A DNA stretch of 64,000 nucleotides from Bacteriovoracia bacterium (GTDB lineage: Bacteria > Bdellovibrionota > UBA1018 > JBFWNL01). The notes beneath the pieces are model-generated. The model was not told the DNA's origin and did no database searches. It saw nothing but the letters and a program-made list of their open reading frames with translations. The stretch lies in contig JBFWNL010000012.1 in NCBI GenBank assembly GCA_050251055.1, positions 1 through 64,000 on the forward strand. The letters run 5' to 3'. The translations under genes and the position numbers were made by a program. This document shows, one piece after another, positions 1-8,975 of the stretch. Position 1 is the first letter of the stretch; the number at the start of each line of letters is the position of its first letter.

Positions 1-121
1 TCCCACCCTCATGCTAGAGCAAGGGCCGGGCCGTCGGGCCAACCCCCCGAAAGCACGCGGAAAGAGCGCAAAAATCCGCACGTCTGGGTGTCTAAACTCT
101 GAACAGGAGAATAGCTAAAAA

Positions 122-1060
122 CTAGGCAGTTCGCGGACGCGGACGGACTCGATCGGTGACGAGCCGCCATCCACGCTTGAGCTGGGATGGATCCAGGAAA
201 TGCAGGTAAGTAATGATCATGAAATAGGAAAAGAACCCGAGGCCCACCGACACGCCAATCCCCAGGTGCAGGAGCACGCCGAAACCCAGCACGTACTTAC
301 GCAAGGGGCGTATCCAAACCAAGCAGACGAAGTACACTTCCCACAACAAAGTCGCGAACGTCAGGACCGCCAATACCGCCGGTATATGGTGGATGAAGCT
401 GTAGTCCGCCGTCGTGAGTTGAGTGTTGGCGAACGTGATCCAGAGCGCATCGCCCTGCCACCACGGCACGCCTTTGGCTTTCTCAAGGCCGCTATACGCA
501 TAGATGATGCAAAGCTGGAGCTGGAAAAACCGAAGGGACATGCGGGTGCCGACGTCCTGGATCGGGTGGTTGACCAATGAAGCCGGGCGCGCGCCGCGCC
601 GGCTGTAAGGGCGCCAAACGAGGTGCTCGGTGGTGCGCGCGAAGCAAAGGTAGAAAAACCAGAAAGTGACGACGAGATCCGGCCCGTAGACAACCGCCCA
701 ATTCCGATTTTGAAAACAAAGATGCAAGATAAAAACGAGCCAAGTCCCTCTTCGTCCGATCCAACCCACGGTGATTCCGGCTAAACCCAGCAAGAGCAGC
801 GCGGCGAGGGCCCCGGTGACGCCGTCGTTTTGGAGCACCCAGTGCCACGGGATAACCGGTCGGTACATTTCAGGCATGAGCTTCACGGACTGGGCGTAAG
901 ATAGAATACCCTTCTCCGAGAACATGAAACCAAAATCAAGCAAACGCACGAAATAAACCGCGAACATCCCCGCGCCGAATACGACACGAAACAGGGCCAG
1001 ACCGAACGGATCAACCGGAGCGAACCAAAAGCGATTCCACGCCAGGACGAGCTTCCTCAC
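122..1060 (-). CDS. HTTM domain membrane protein (vitamin K-dependent gamma-carboxylase-like / SdpB-like)
   Basis: Multi-TM protein with HTTM-type motifs: LALFRVVFG, 'NRNWAVVYGPD', 'LQLCIIYAYSGLEKAKGVPWWQGDAL', 'GVLLHLGI...LGFFS'. Confidence 0.85.
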   Translation of the reverse strand: MRKLVLAWNRFWFAPVDPFGLALFRVVFGAGMFAVYFVRLLDFGFMFSEKGILSYAQSVKLMPEMYRPVIPWHWVLQNDGVTGALAALLLLGLAGITVGWIGRRGTWLVFILHLCFQNRNWAVVYGPDLVVTFWFFYLCFARTTEHLVWRPYSRRGARPASLVNHPIQDVGTRMSLRFFQLQLCIIYAYSGLEKAKGVPWWQGDALWITFANTQLTTADYSFIHHIPAVLAVLTFATLLWEVYFVCLVWIRPLRKYVLGFGVLLHLGIGVSVGLGFFSYFMIITYLHFLDPSQLKRGWRLVTDRVRPRPRTA

Positions 1061-1590
1061 GGCGCCCCCTTGACCGGATTCTTAGCGGGATCGCAGAAGA
1101 CCACGTCGGTCTTGAGCATCTCGCGGCGCGAGTGATCCCGCAGCGAGCCGCCTTTTTCGACCTCTTCGAGTGAGGGCGGTCCTCCGATCCAAAGCGAGAC
1201 GTTCATGAGCGTGGCCGCGGGATACTGCCGGCAAAGGTAAGGCACCACCACGGTTTGCACGTAGTCAGGCACCTTGAAGGTCATGCGTAACGCGGCCGTT
1301 CGGCGATTGTAAGGATCACGTAGCCAAAACGGGTTTTGCAGCGGTGGGAAAAACCCCGCGTCGAGCTTCGTGCCGTCTTTCATGGCGATGTACTCGAGAT
1401 ATACGGAGGGCCCCGGATCCGGCGAAAAAAACTGCCAGGCCCGGGCGAGCCCCAGGGTAGTGGCGTACGGCGCGATCAGCGGACGGAAATACTGCGTGAG
1501 ATAAGAGCTCTCATTAGGAATGAGGAGTACGACGGCAAGATGGAAAACAATAAAGACGGATAACCAGGTACGGGTACGGGTGCGCGTCAT
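1057..1590 (-). CDS. HTTM-associated membrane protein (DUF5819/SdpA-like)
   Basis: One N-terminal TM followed by a 'WQFFSPDP' motif. Start placed at ATG 1590, which overlaps the upstream stop (ATGA). Its stop overlaps the HTTM start. Confidence 0.65.
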   Translation of the reverse strand: MTRTRTRTWLSVFIVFHLAVVLLIPNESSYLTQYFRPLIAPYATTLGLARAWQFFSPDPGPSVYLEYIAMKDGTKLDAGFFPPLQNPFWLRDPYNRRTAALRMTFKVPDYVQTVVVPYLCRQYPAATLMNVSLWIGGPPSLEEVEKGGSLRDHSRREMLKTDVVFCDPAKNPVKGAP

Positions 1591-3467
1591 CGGCCTCCCC
1601 CTCCCCGGCCGTCCACGCTCACCGCGTACACGCCGACGGAGTTTCCGCCCTCGCCGGAACGCCCCTGCGAGGTCACCCACACACGATCTCCCCGCGGGCT
1701 TACGGCTAGACCTACCGGATAGGAATCCACCGGGACGCGGCTGACGACTTTCATCGTCGCCGTTTCGACGACCGCAAGTTCGCTCTTGAGGTTCACGGCC
1801 GCGTACACATACTTCTCGTCTGGCGAAAGATGAATGGTGCGGGCGCCCGGGCCCACGTAAATCTCCTGCATGTCGGCTGCCGTCACCTGGTAGTCGCGGA
1901 CGGCGCCGCGGGCACCGCGGATCTCGGCTAAGAGCCGTGCCAGCGAGACTTTCGTGACGACGCCCGAAAGATTAGAGCTCGTATAAAGGTGGTCGCCATC
2001 CCGCGAGACGTGAATATCGCGCGGGGTCGGTTTGAACCCGTGAATCGTCCCCACGTACGCGGCTTCGACTTCGGATGCGGGCAGGCCCGCCGTCGAGTTT
2101 CGCTCTGGCTTCAAGTCGATCACGGCGATTCCTCCTCCGCCCATGCGTGCGACGAAGAGATATCGGCTGTCGGGTGAAAAAGTCATGCCGCGTAGGCAGA
2201 ATCCGCAGGACTTATCGCGGTCGCCCTTCACCTTGTCTAAATCCAGTTCTCTCTCCACCACGACGTGGGCGGCGTAGAAAAAAGCCTTGGGATTGTCGGA
2301 GCGGATATCGATCAGCGCAACTGTGTTATCACCCCAGTGGGAAATGGCCATGTACTTCCCGTCGGGCGAGCCCAGTACGTACTTGGCGATCGGACCGGTG
2401 GCCATCACGCGGCGGATCTGGCGCGTCCGCGTGTCGATGATCGCCGCCGCCGACGGCGATACGGCTTTCTCGTCGAACTCGCGCCGGTAATAGGGCACCC
2501 AAAGATAACGGCCCCGATGGCTGAGCTCGCTTTCCACGGGCTTGCCGGAAAAAACGTTCGGCTGCATATCCGGCACCTCGCCGCGGTAGAGGTAACCAAA
2601 CGGGGCGGACTCCGAAAAGAGCGCGCGGTCCGCGGCGGTGAACACGTGGCTAACCGATCCCAGTTTCCGCAACGAGGCCGCCTCGTAGATTACGGTCTTC
2701 ATCCCTTCGAGCGAGTTAATGAAGACTTCGCTCCCATCTAGGCTAAAGCGCGCCGATTTGGGCGAAAAGATTTCGGGATCAAAATGATCGTCCGGATGGG
2801 TGGGCTTGGGCTCGTAGTTCTGGAAGCGAGCGACCAGGGTAAGCTCCACGGCCGCGTGCGGCGGCGTCGAGTGCGTCCCGATCGGAACGCCCTGAAAAGC
2901 GTCGGTCTTCTTCGGCTTTCCGTATTTGTCTTTGGGTGGATTCTTACGGACAAGCTTCGCCCGGGCCGCCCGCTGGGCCGGAGTCAGCAGGGAATCGCGG
3001 GCCCGTTCGAGATAGAGCGGCAGGTCCGGAAAATTCGGATCGAGCTTCAAAACGCCTTCCCAGGCCTCCACCACCTTGGACCACTTCGAAAGCGTCCAAT
3101 ATGACCAACCCAGCTCATAGCGACAAACTGCGCAGCCAGGCTCGACGCCCAAGCATTTCTGATACTGGGCGATCGCCTTCGCAGCGTTGGACTCGCGCTG
3201 AAACTCGATGCCGGCTTCCAGCGCTGACTGCGCGGAACCGGCGTCGCACGTTAACTTGGGCGGAGTGGGAGCGGCCTCCACGGAAGGGGATTCCCCACTC
3301 GGCGCGGGAGACGACGACTTCGCCACCGAGGTCGGTGGCGAAATTGACGGCGCGGGTTTGACGGCGGGCCGGGACGCGCAGCCGGAAACACTAGCCCAAA
3401 CGATTAGGCCGGCGGCGGCAAACGTCCCCCCACGGAAACGGGCTGGGTTCGTCAGAGTTCCATCCAT
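1587..3467 (-). CDS. Lipoprotein with TPR domain and YVTN/YncE-type beta-propeller
   Basis: Lipobox VSG-C, Pro/Ser linker, TPR pair (YELGWSYW...WEGVLKLDP), repeated propeller blades (FSPDSRYLFV, LSPDEKYVY, YPVGLAVSPRGDRVWV). Start uncertain. Confidence 0.75.
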   Translation of the reverse strand: MDGTLTNPARFRGGTFAAAGLIVWASVSGCASRPAVKPAPSISPPTSVAKSSSPAPSGESPSVEAAPTPPKLTCDAGSAQSALEAGIEFQRESNAAKAIAQYQKCLGVEPGCAVCRYELGWSYWTLSKWSKVVEAWEGVLKLDPNFPDLPLYLERARDSLLTPAQRAARAKLVRKNPPKDKYGKPKKTDAFQGVPIGTHSTPPHAAVELTLVARFQNYEPKPTHPDDHFDPEIFSPKSARFSLDGSEVFINSLEGMKTVIYEAASLRKLGSVSHVFTAADRALFSESAPFGYLYRGEVPDMQPNVFSGKPVESELSHRGRYLWVPYYRREFDEKAVSPSAAAIIDTRTRQIRRVMATGPIAKYVLGSPDGKYMAISHWGDNTVALIDIRSDNPKAFFYAAHVVVERELDLDKVKGDRDKSCGFCLRGMTFSPDSRYLFVARMGGGGIAVIDLKPERNSTAGLPASEVEAAYVGTIHGFKPTPRDIHVSRDGDHLYTSSNLSGVVTKVSLARLLAEIRGARGAVRDYQVTAADMQEIYVGPGARTIHLSPDEKYVYAAVNLKSELAVVETATMKVVSRVPVDSYPVGLAVSPRGDRVWVTSQGRSGEGGNSVGVYAVSVDGRGGGGR

Positions 3468-3536
3468 GAGATCCGTCAAAGAGCATACCCCCGCCAAGAA
3501 CGTTGAACAATAGCCGAATCCGGTTACAATTTTTGG

Positions 3537-4475
3537 ATGCTCCCCTTTCTTAAAAAAGCGGGTTGGCTCTTCCCGATCGTCTCCCTGGTAACGCCCAACC
3601 TCCCACCCTCCATCGCCTTAGCCGACGACTGTCCCGATACCTTTTTTCTCTCCCTGCGGGTCAAATCCAAGGGTAACTGCGAAGCGCAGCACCAGATCAC
3701 GGTCGGCGCCGGGGTCTCCTCCCCGTCCGTCGGCGCGATTTTCGCCGAAAACCCCACCGGCCTGATCTACAACCGAGAGCTGAAATTCCACATCTCGGCG
3801 GCCAAGACCGACGGGAGCGCTTACACTCCTTGGCGCTACAATTTCCAGATCGTCACCGGCAACGGCGATGTCGGTGGCGGGATCGGTACCTTCCGCTATA
3901 CCTCGACCACCGCGGCCTCGGCCGTCGACCTCATCGCCTACGGCGCCGGCGTGAAGCTCAAGTTCGCGAACCTAGGCATCGGCGTCTCGGGATTCTCCAC
4001 CATTCAAGACGCGTTGAACCTGATCGGCGCGAACGACTTCCAGAACGTGAACGCTAACCTCGGGATGATTTACAATCCCGAGGGAAATATCCGCATCGCG
4101 GGGACGATCTTCGACTTTCTAGATCAATACCCGGTTTACGCGGCCGGCATCGCCGCCTTCCCCGGCGGCAACACCGCGCTGAACCTCGACTTCGGCTACC
4201 AAACCGTAAGCGACTCCACCGGCGACGCCTCCGCCTACCGCAAAAGCCTTGTCATTAAACCCGCCATCGGGGTCGCCACCGCCGGCTTCCAATTCACGGC
4301 CAGCTACGGATACTCTTCGAACTACACGACCCCGCTCAACGCCTCGGTCGAAAACTGGTCCCGCTACGGCCTCTCTCTCGGTACCGCCTTCTCGTTAGGC
4401 GACTATGTGCGGGCGGTCATCTACCTCAACCGCCTGGAACAGTATTACTTCGGGGCCACGATCACGCTCAAATAG
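3537..4475 (+). CDS. Putative outer-membrane beta-barrel protein (FadL/PorV-like)
   Basis: Signal peptide, 'ENPTGL' resembling the NPAGL motif, alternating aromatic/Gly strands, C-terminal strand YYFGATITLK. Confidence 0.5.
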   Translation: MLPFLKKAGWLFPIVSLVTPNLPPSIALADDCPDTFFLSLRVKSKGNCEAQHQITVGAGVSSPSVGAIFAENPTGLIYNRELKFHISAAKTDGSAYTPWRYNFQIVTGNGDVGGGIGTFRYTSTTAASAVDLIAYGAGVKLKFANLGIGVSGFSTIQDALNLIGANDFQNVNANLGMIYNPEGNIRIAGTIFDFLDQYPVYAAGIAAFPGGNTALNLDFGYQTVSDSTGDASAYRKSLVIKPAIGVATAGFQFTASYGYSSNYTTPLNASVENWSRYGLSLGTAFSLGDYVRAVIYLNRLEQYYFGATITLK

Positions 4476-4601
4476 ACCCGAAATCAATGCTTGATCCCTT
4501 TGCTCAATATTGATACTTCTCGGGCGTTGAAGAACTCCTCCTCCACCTTACCTTGCGGGCGCCCTATACCACCGGAATCCCACGGGCGACCAAAGAACCA
4601 A

Positions 4602-5027
4602 ATGGAGCTTTGGCTGAACCAGCTCAAAGCCTACCTGGCCGAGCACGGGTTGAAGTACAGCGAGCAGCGCTGGAAGATCGCCCAGCTCATCCTGGCGGCC
4701 GATCGGCACCTGTCCTCGCACGAAATTGTCGCGATCGTGAAGCGTAAGCATCCAGCCATCGGCGCCGCGACCGTCTACCGGAATATTAAGTTACTGATCG
4801 AAGCGAAAATCCTGAAGGAAACCCTGGTCAACGAGCAAGGGCGATCGGTACTAGAGCCCTTCGATGAGGAGCACCACGATCACATTGTTTGCATGGATTG
4901 CCAGCACGTCTTCGAATTCCATAGCGAAAAAATCGAAACCCTGCAGAACGACCTCACGCAGGGAATGCGCTTCAAGCCGCAGTGGCACCGTCACGTCATC
5001 TACGGACGTTGCCAATTCAAGAATTAA
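4602..5027 (+). CDS. fur: Fur family transcriptional regulator
   Basis: 'IGAATVYRNIKLL' helix and 'HHDHIVCMDC' metal site, ending HVIYGRC. Start moved to ATG 4602. Confidence 0.9.
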   Translation: MELWLNQLKAYLAEHGLKYSEQRWKIAQLILAADRHLSSHEIVAIVKRKHPAIGAATVYRNIKLLIEAKILKETLVNEQGRSVLEPFDEEHHDHIVCMDCQHVFEFHSEKIETLQNDLTQGMRFKPQWHRHVIYGRCQFKN

Positions 5028-7474
5028 AAACTGACGACCTTTAACTGATCCGCGCGCTGCTCCCAGTTGAACGGGAACTCGACCGTGTCGTACTGGCAGG
5101 TGGCCCACTTCATCCACGGGGTGCCGGGCTGATCGATTTCTTTTACCTCGACGTCGTCGTTGGAGCCGCCCAGGATGCCGCGCACCTTCGGCGGATCGCT
5201 CATCTCGATAATCAAGCGTTGGGAAGCCCCGTTATCCATTTCGAAGCGTCCGTTCGTCCACCGCGCGTCGCCCATGGCGATCGTGTGCGTGTCACCCGGC
5301 GAAAAAATCCGTCGCTCGTCAGAGAAGTAGGTCGGCGACACCAGGTGCTCGAAGCCTTGCAGGTGGAGCTTTTGCCAGGTCGGCCACTCCGCCGCGCCAG
5401 GGCCCGAGCCCACCAGCTCGATCACCGTTTCCTTCAGCGTCGTCGCGAAAGCTTGCTCGAAGCTCGCGGCCCGGGTACCCACCTCGGGCAGCCGTGGAGG
5501 AGCGACACCGGTCTTTAGCACGCGGTACAGCGCCATGTCGTTGAGCACCGCGGCCTCCTTCAAACGCGAAGTCCAGCGGCGAAAAATCGCGCAGGCTTTA
5601 CAAGTCGGGCCCGTCCGGTAATCCCAGTCGGCCAAGAGCTGCACGGCCTCGAGCATGTGCTTGGCGAGCGAAGCTTCGATCGTGGTCTCGGCGATGGCCT
5701 GACGGAAAGCGGATTTAGCGGCGGCGGCCACTAGCAGCGGCGCCAGAAACTTCCCGTCGGTCGCTTGAATATCGCACTGCACTTCGCGCAGGCTTGCGAA
5801 ATCGTGGCGCGGGTTCCGTCTCAGCAGGGTCTCGATCTGATAGGCGCGGTAGCTCTTGCTTTGACTACGCCCATCTTTGAAGCGAGCGTCCGCCGGCCAG
5901 TGCCGGTTGTTCGCGGTGGCGATATATCCGCGCGATGGAGCCACCACGTGCGGCATTTCATCGGCGGTAAGATACTCCCAGGCCGGGAAGACTAACCCAT
6001 CGGCTTTGCCCTCGAGCTTGATCGTCCCGAACGTGGGGCCAGAGGTCCGGCGCGGAACGCGGCCCATCACGCGGTGGCCGATCTTCCCTTCGACATCGGC
6101 AAAAACGAAATTCCAAGCGGGAAGCCCCACCTTGCCGATGGCGACGTCCATCTCGGAAACGGACTTCACCCGCATGATATCCCGCAACCGCATCATGTCC
6201 TGCGTGGTCACGTCATATCCGCTCCAACGCAACACCCAGGCCTTGCCCTTCGGCGCGCTGATGGGCAGCACCGGCAGCGCCGTACCCTCGCCCGTCACGA
6301 CGGATTGATAGGTTTTGAAGAAAAAAGGAACCCAGAACTTCCACACCCGAACCCAAAGCCAAGGTCTAGTCACGGTCGCCGACGCCAGCGAAGTCTCGGG
6401 CACTTCGTAAACATCCGCCACGTCGATGTACGCGTTGGTCAGCCCCCAGCTTACGTGGCGGTTGGTCCCGCTCGCCACGGAAGGCACGCCCGGCACGGAA
6501 GCGCCGAATACTTCCAGCGCGTCCGGGCCGCTACCCGCGGCCGAGGCAACGTGGATCCATTGCCAGAACGGCGGGTGCCGAATGTCCAGATGGGGATCGT
6601 TCGCGAACCAGGCCTTTTGTCCTTTGCTCTGGCGGGAGGAAACCACCCAGTTGTTGCTGCCCATCTCGATGCCGTCTCCAAGCGGGAAGAATTCGCGCCA
6701 GGCTTGAAGGGGCGCAAGCACTTCGTTCATAGGCACGGCACTCATGTCGCCGGCCGGCCGAGTGCGCGAAATCGGCAGGGCACCGGCGGGATACTCCCCT
6801 TTCTTCAGTACGCTGGTGTCCCAAGGCACGCCCTCCGGCGAGAAAAACGATTCGGCGGCATCGCCGTAGACCTGCCGCCAATGTTCCTCGTCCAAGTCCT
6901 GCTCGAAGGTCTTGCGGGTCTGACTAAAGCTCTGCAACATCAAGAGGCCTAGGGAATCGATCGGATGCCAAGGCTCGGGCGTGTAACCCATCTCGCGGAA
7001 TTCGTAGCCAGGGGAGTCTTTCTGCATTTCAAACGCGCGGTTCACGCCCAGGGTGTAGGCCCAGAGGGTCGTTCGTTCTTCGGCCGACATCTGCTCGAAG
7101 AGCGCGCGGGCCTTGTCGTAAAGACCCAGCAACCGCATGGCGAAATCCACGCGTAGCTCACCGAACCCGATGATCTCGGAGCGACGCCCTTGGACGATCC
7201 GGCGGAGGTAATCCATCTGCCAGGCTCGCACCATCCCGTGCAAATATCCCATGCAAGCAAAGGTCGCGGCATCATCCACGACCGAGGAAGTAGCGGCGGG
7301 TCGGATGTGGTAGACCGCGCCGGCGTCGCGCGCCCATTCGCACTTCAATCCGGCCATCGTGGCCGCAAGCGGGTTCTCCGTGTCGACCTTCCGTACGGGT
7401 CGGCGCGCGGCCAACGCCGCCCCGAGCACGCAAAACGCCAAGATCGCCCAGAGAATTCCCCGTTTTTTTGTCAT
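5024..7474 (-). CDS. Penicillin acylase family Ntn hydrolase (possible AHL acylase)
   Basis: Signal peptide, 'GYLHGMVRAWQMDYLRR', beta-subunit nucleophile 'GSNNWVV', 'ANDPHL', 'WGLTN', 'ATANNR'. Confidence 0.9.
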   Translation of the reverse strand: MTKKRGILWAILAFCVLGAALAARRPVRKVDTENPLAATMAGLKCEWARDAGAVYHIRPAATSSVVDDAATFACMGYLHGMVRAWQMDYLRRIVQGRRSEIIGFGELRVDFAMRLLGLYDKARALFEQMSAEERTTLWAYTLGVNRAFEMQKDSPGYEFREMGYTPEPWHPIDSLGLLMLQSFSQTRKTFEQDLDEEHWRQVYGDAAESFFSPEGVPWDTSVLKKGEYPAGALPISRTRPAGDMSAVPMNEVLAPLQAWREFFPLGDGIEMGSNNWVVSSRQSKGQKAWFANDPHLDIRHPPFWQWIHVASAAGSGPDALEVFGASVPGVPSVASGTNRHVSWGLTNAYIDVADVYEVPETSLASATVTRPWLWVRVWKFWVPFFFKTYQSVVTGEGTALPVLPISAPKGKAWVLRWSGYDVTTQDMMRLRDIMRVKSVSEMDVAIGKVGLPAWNFVFADVEGKIGHRVMGRVPRRTSGPTFGTIKLEGKADGLVFPAWEYLTADEMPHVVAPSRGYIATANNRHWPADARFKDGRSQSKSYRAYQIETLLRRNPRHDFASLREVQCDIQATDGKFLAPLLVAAAAKSAFRQAIAETTIEASLAKHMLEAVQLLADWDYRTGPTCKACAIFRRWTSRLKEAAVLNDMALYRVLKTGVAPPRLPEVGTRAASFEQAFATTLKETVIELVGSGPGAAEWPTWQKLHLQGFEHLVSPTYFSDERRIFSPGDTHTIAMGDARWTNGRFEMDNGASQRLIIEMSDPPKVRGILGGSNDDVEVKEIDQPGTPWMKWATCQYDTVEFPFNWEQRADQLKVVSF

Positions 7475-7514
7475 GCCCATACCCCTAGCACACTTGAAAT
7501 CCCGCGTCAGGCGC

Positions 7515-8873
7515 CTATTTCTTGGGCTCCTCGGGGCTTCCGAACTTCTCCATGGCATGGCCACGGAGGTATAAATAGAGGCGCGTGAACCCGTACTTTT
7601 CCCCCGCCATGACCGCGATCGAAGTGCCCTGCGCGATCATCTTCGTGCGGACGGACCCGCGGCTCCAGAGACAAAGCGCCCCTTCGATCAGATCGAAGAA
7701 AAGCGGCCCCTTCCAAAACGTCCCGGCGGTCCACGTCGCGCCCACGGCCTCGCGGACCCCGACGTCACGCAAGGTGGCCTCGGGCGCTCCCGGGCTCAGT
7801 TTTGAGAACGGGTCGAAATAAAACAAAACCGCGTCGACCGGCAGAAATCCGGCGTCGAAAGCGAGCGTCCGCATGTAACGCACCTTCAGCGTGTCGTCCG
7901 GACGCTGTTTGCGGGCAATCCCCAACACGATGGGCTTGATGAAATTCATGGCCATATCCTGTCCCAAGGCGTTCAACGGAATCTCCGCGAAACCATGTTC
8001 GGAGACATAGCTACTCACCAGGAACGCCTCATTGATCCCGATCTGCTTCAGGATCGTCGTGGCCGTGCTTCGGCGGGATTCAGCGGCCGACTGGGATTTC
8101 ATACATTCCTTCATGCGGCCGAACGTTTCCTCCAGCTCATCCACCGCTTTACGCAAACGGCTCGCCTGGGGCGGAACAATCCCGCTTTCCGCCATCGTCG
8201 CCTCCGCCCGCCGCAAGGCAATCGCGGTTTCCTCGCTGCAAGCTTGAACCGTGCGTTCATTTAGGGCCAAAAGCTCCGGGCGCTGCTTTAAGATCGCATC
8301 CGCCGCTTCCCGCAGCGCGACTTCGGAGGTGAGCGGCGGGGACTTGAAGTAAGCTGTCGTACGCCCGATGTAAGTCCCGGCCCGCGCCGCCTGGGCAGCC
8401 TCGGTGATCACCGGTGCCTCGGCGCCTTGGATCAAGCGCTCGATGGCCACCTCGGGGTGAAAGCTTAAATACCGCGGGGAAAGGAACTTCAGAACGGCGC
8501 GTTCTTCGGCCACCAGCGCTTCTCCGAGCGTCACCTGTTCGCGACCGGGTATCTGCGCGCGATACTGCAGGAGCTGGTCTTCGACCTTGGCGATCTGGGC
8601 GGCTAAGTCCCGGCCCAGCGCGGGGTTGCGGGCGGCGATGCGTGCCGCCAACGCCTCCAACCCCGAATGAGACGCATTCGTGGCTTCCGCGAGCTCGAAC
8701 GCCCGAAAAATCGCACGACCTTCATCCGTATTTTTTAAGAGGTAGCGTCCCACCGGGCCGCTCAATTTCGAGAGAACGATTTCGGGGCCAGCAAAACTCA
8801 AACACGGGAGATAGAAGATCCCCACCCCAATGGCGATTCGCCCTAGCTCGAGAAATCTCTTCCGAAACTCCAT
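7515..8873 (-). CDS. Hypothetical exported/membrane protein
   Basis: 452-aa ORF with an N-terminal hydrophobic segment, helical middle and hydrophobic C-terminal helices. No family recognised. Confidence 0.6.
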   Translation of the reverse strand: MEFRKRFLELGRIAIGVGIFYLPCLSFAGPEIVLSKLSGPVGRYLLKNTDEGRAIFRAFELAEATNASHSGLEALAARIAARNPALGRDLAAQIAKVEDQLLQYRAQIPGREQVTLGEALVAEERAVLKFLSPRYLSFHPEVAIERLIQGAEAPVITEAAQAARAGTYIGRTTAYFKSPPLTSEVALREAADAILKQRPELLALNERTVQACSEETAIALRRAEATMAESGIVPPQASRLRKAVDELEETFGRMKECMKSQSAAESRRSTATTILKQIGINEAFLVSSYVSEHGFAEIPLNALGQDMAMNFIKPIVLGIARKQRPDDTLKVRYMRTLAFDAGFLPVDAVLFYFDPFSKLSPGAPEATLRDVGVREAVGATWTAGTFWKGPLFFDLIEGALCLWSRGSVRTKMIAQGTSIAVMAGEKYGFTRLYLYLRGHAMEKFGSPEEPKK

Positions 8874-8975
8874 GCTGCCCTCTCGCTAATGCAGTGTGTT
8901 ACCAGCCCGTAACGGGACCGTCAACTATAGCGGGGACCCTAAGCAAAACTAAATATTTGATATAAATACTTGTTA

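Noticed and set aside
4491-4525. Fur box upstream of fur
   Set aside because: Only a short TCAATATTGA palindrome is present, a poor match to the 19-bp Fur consensus.
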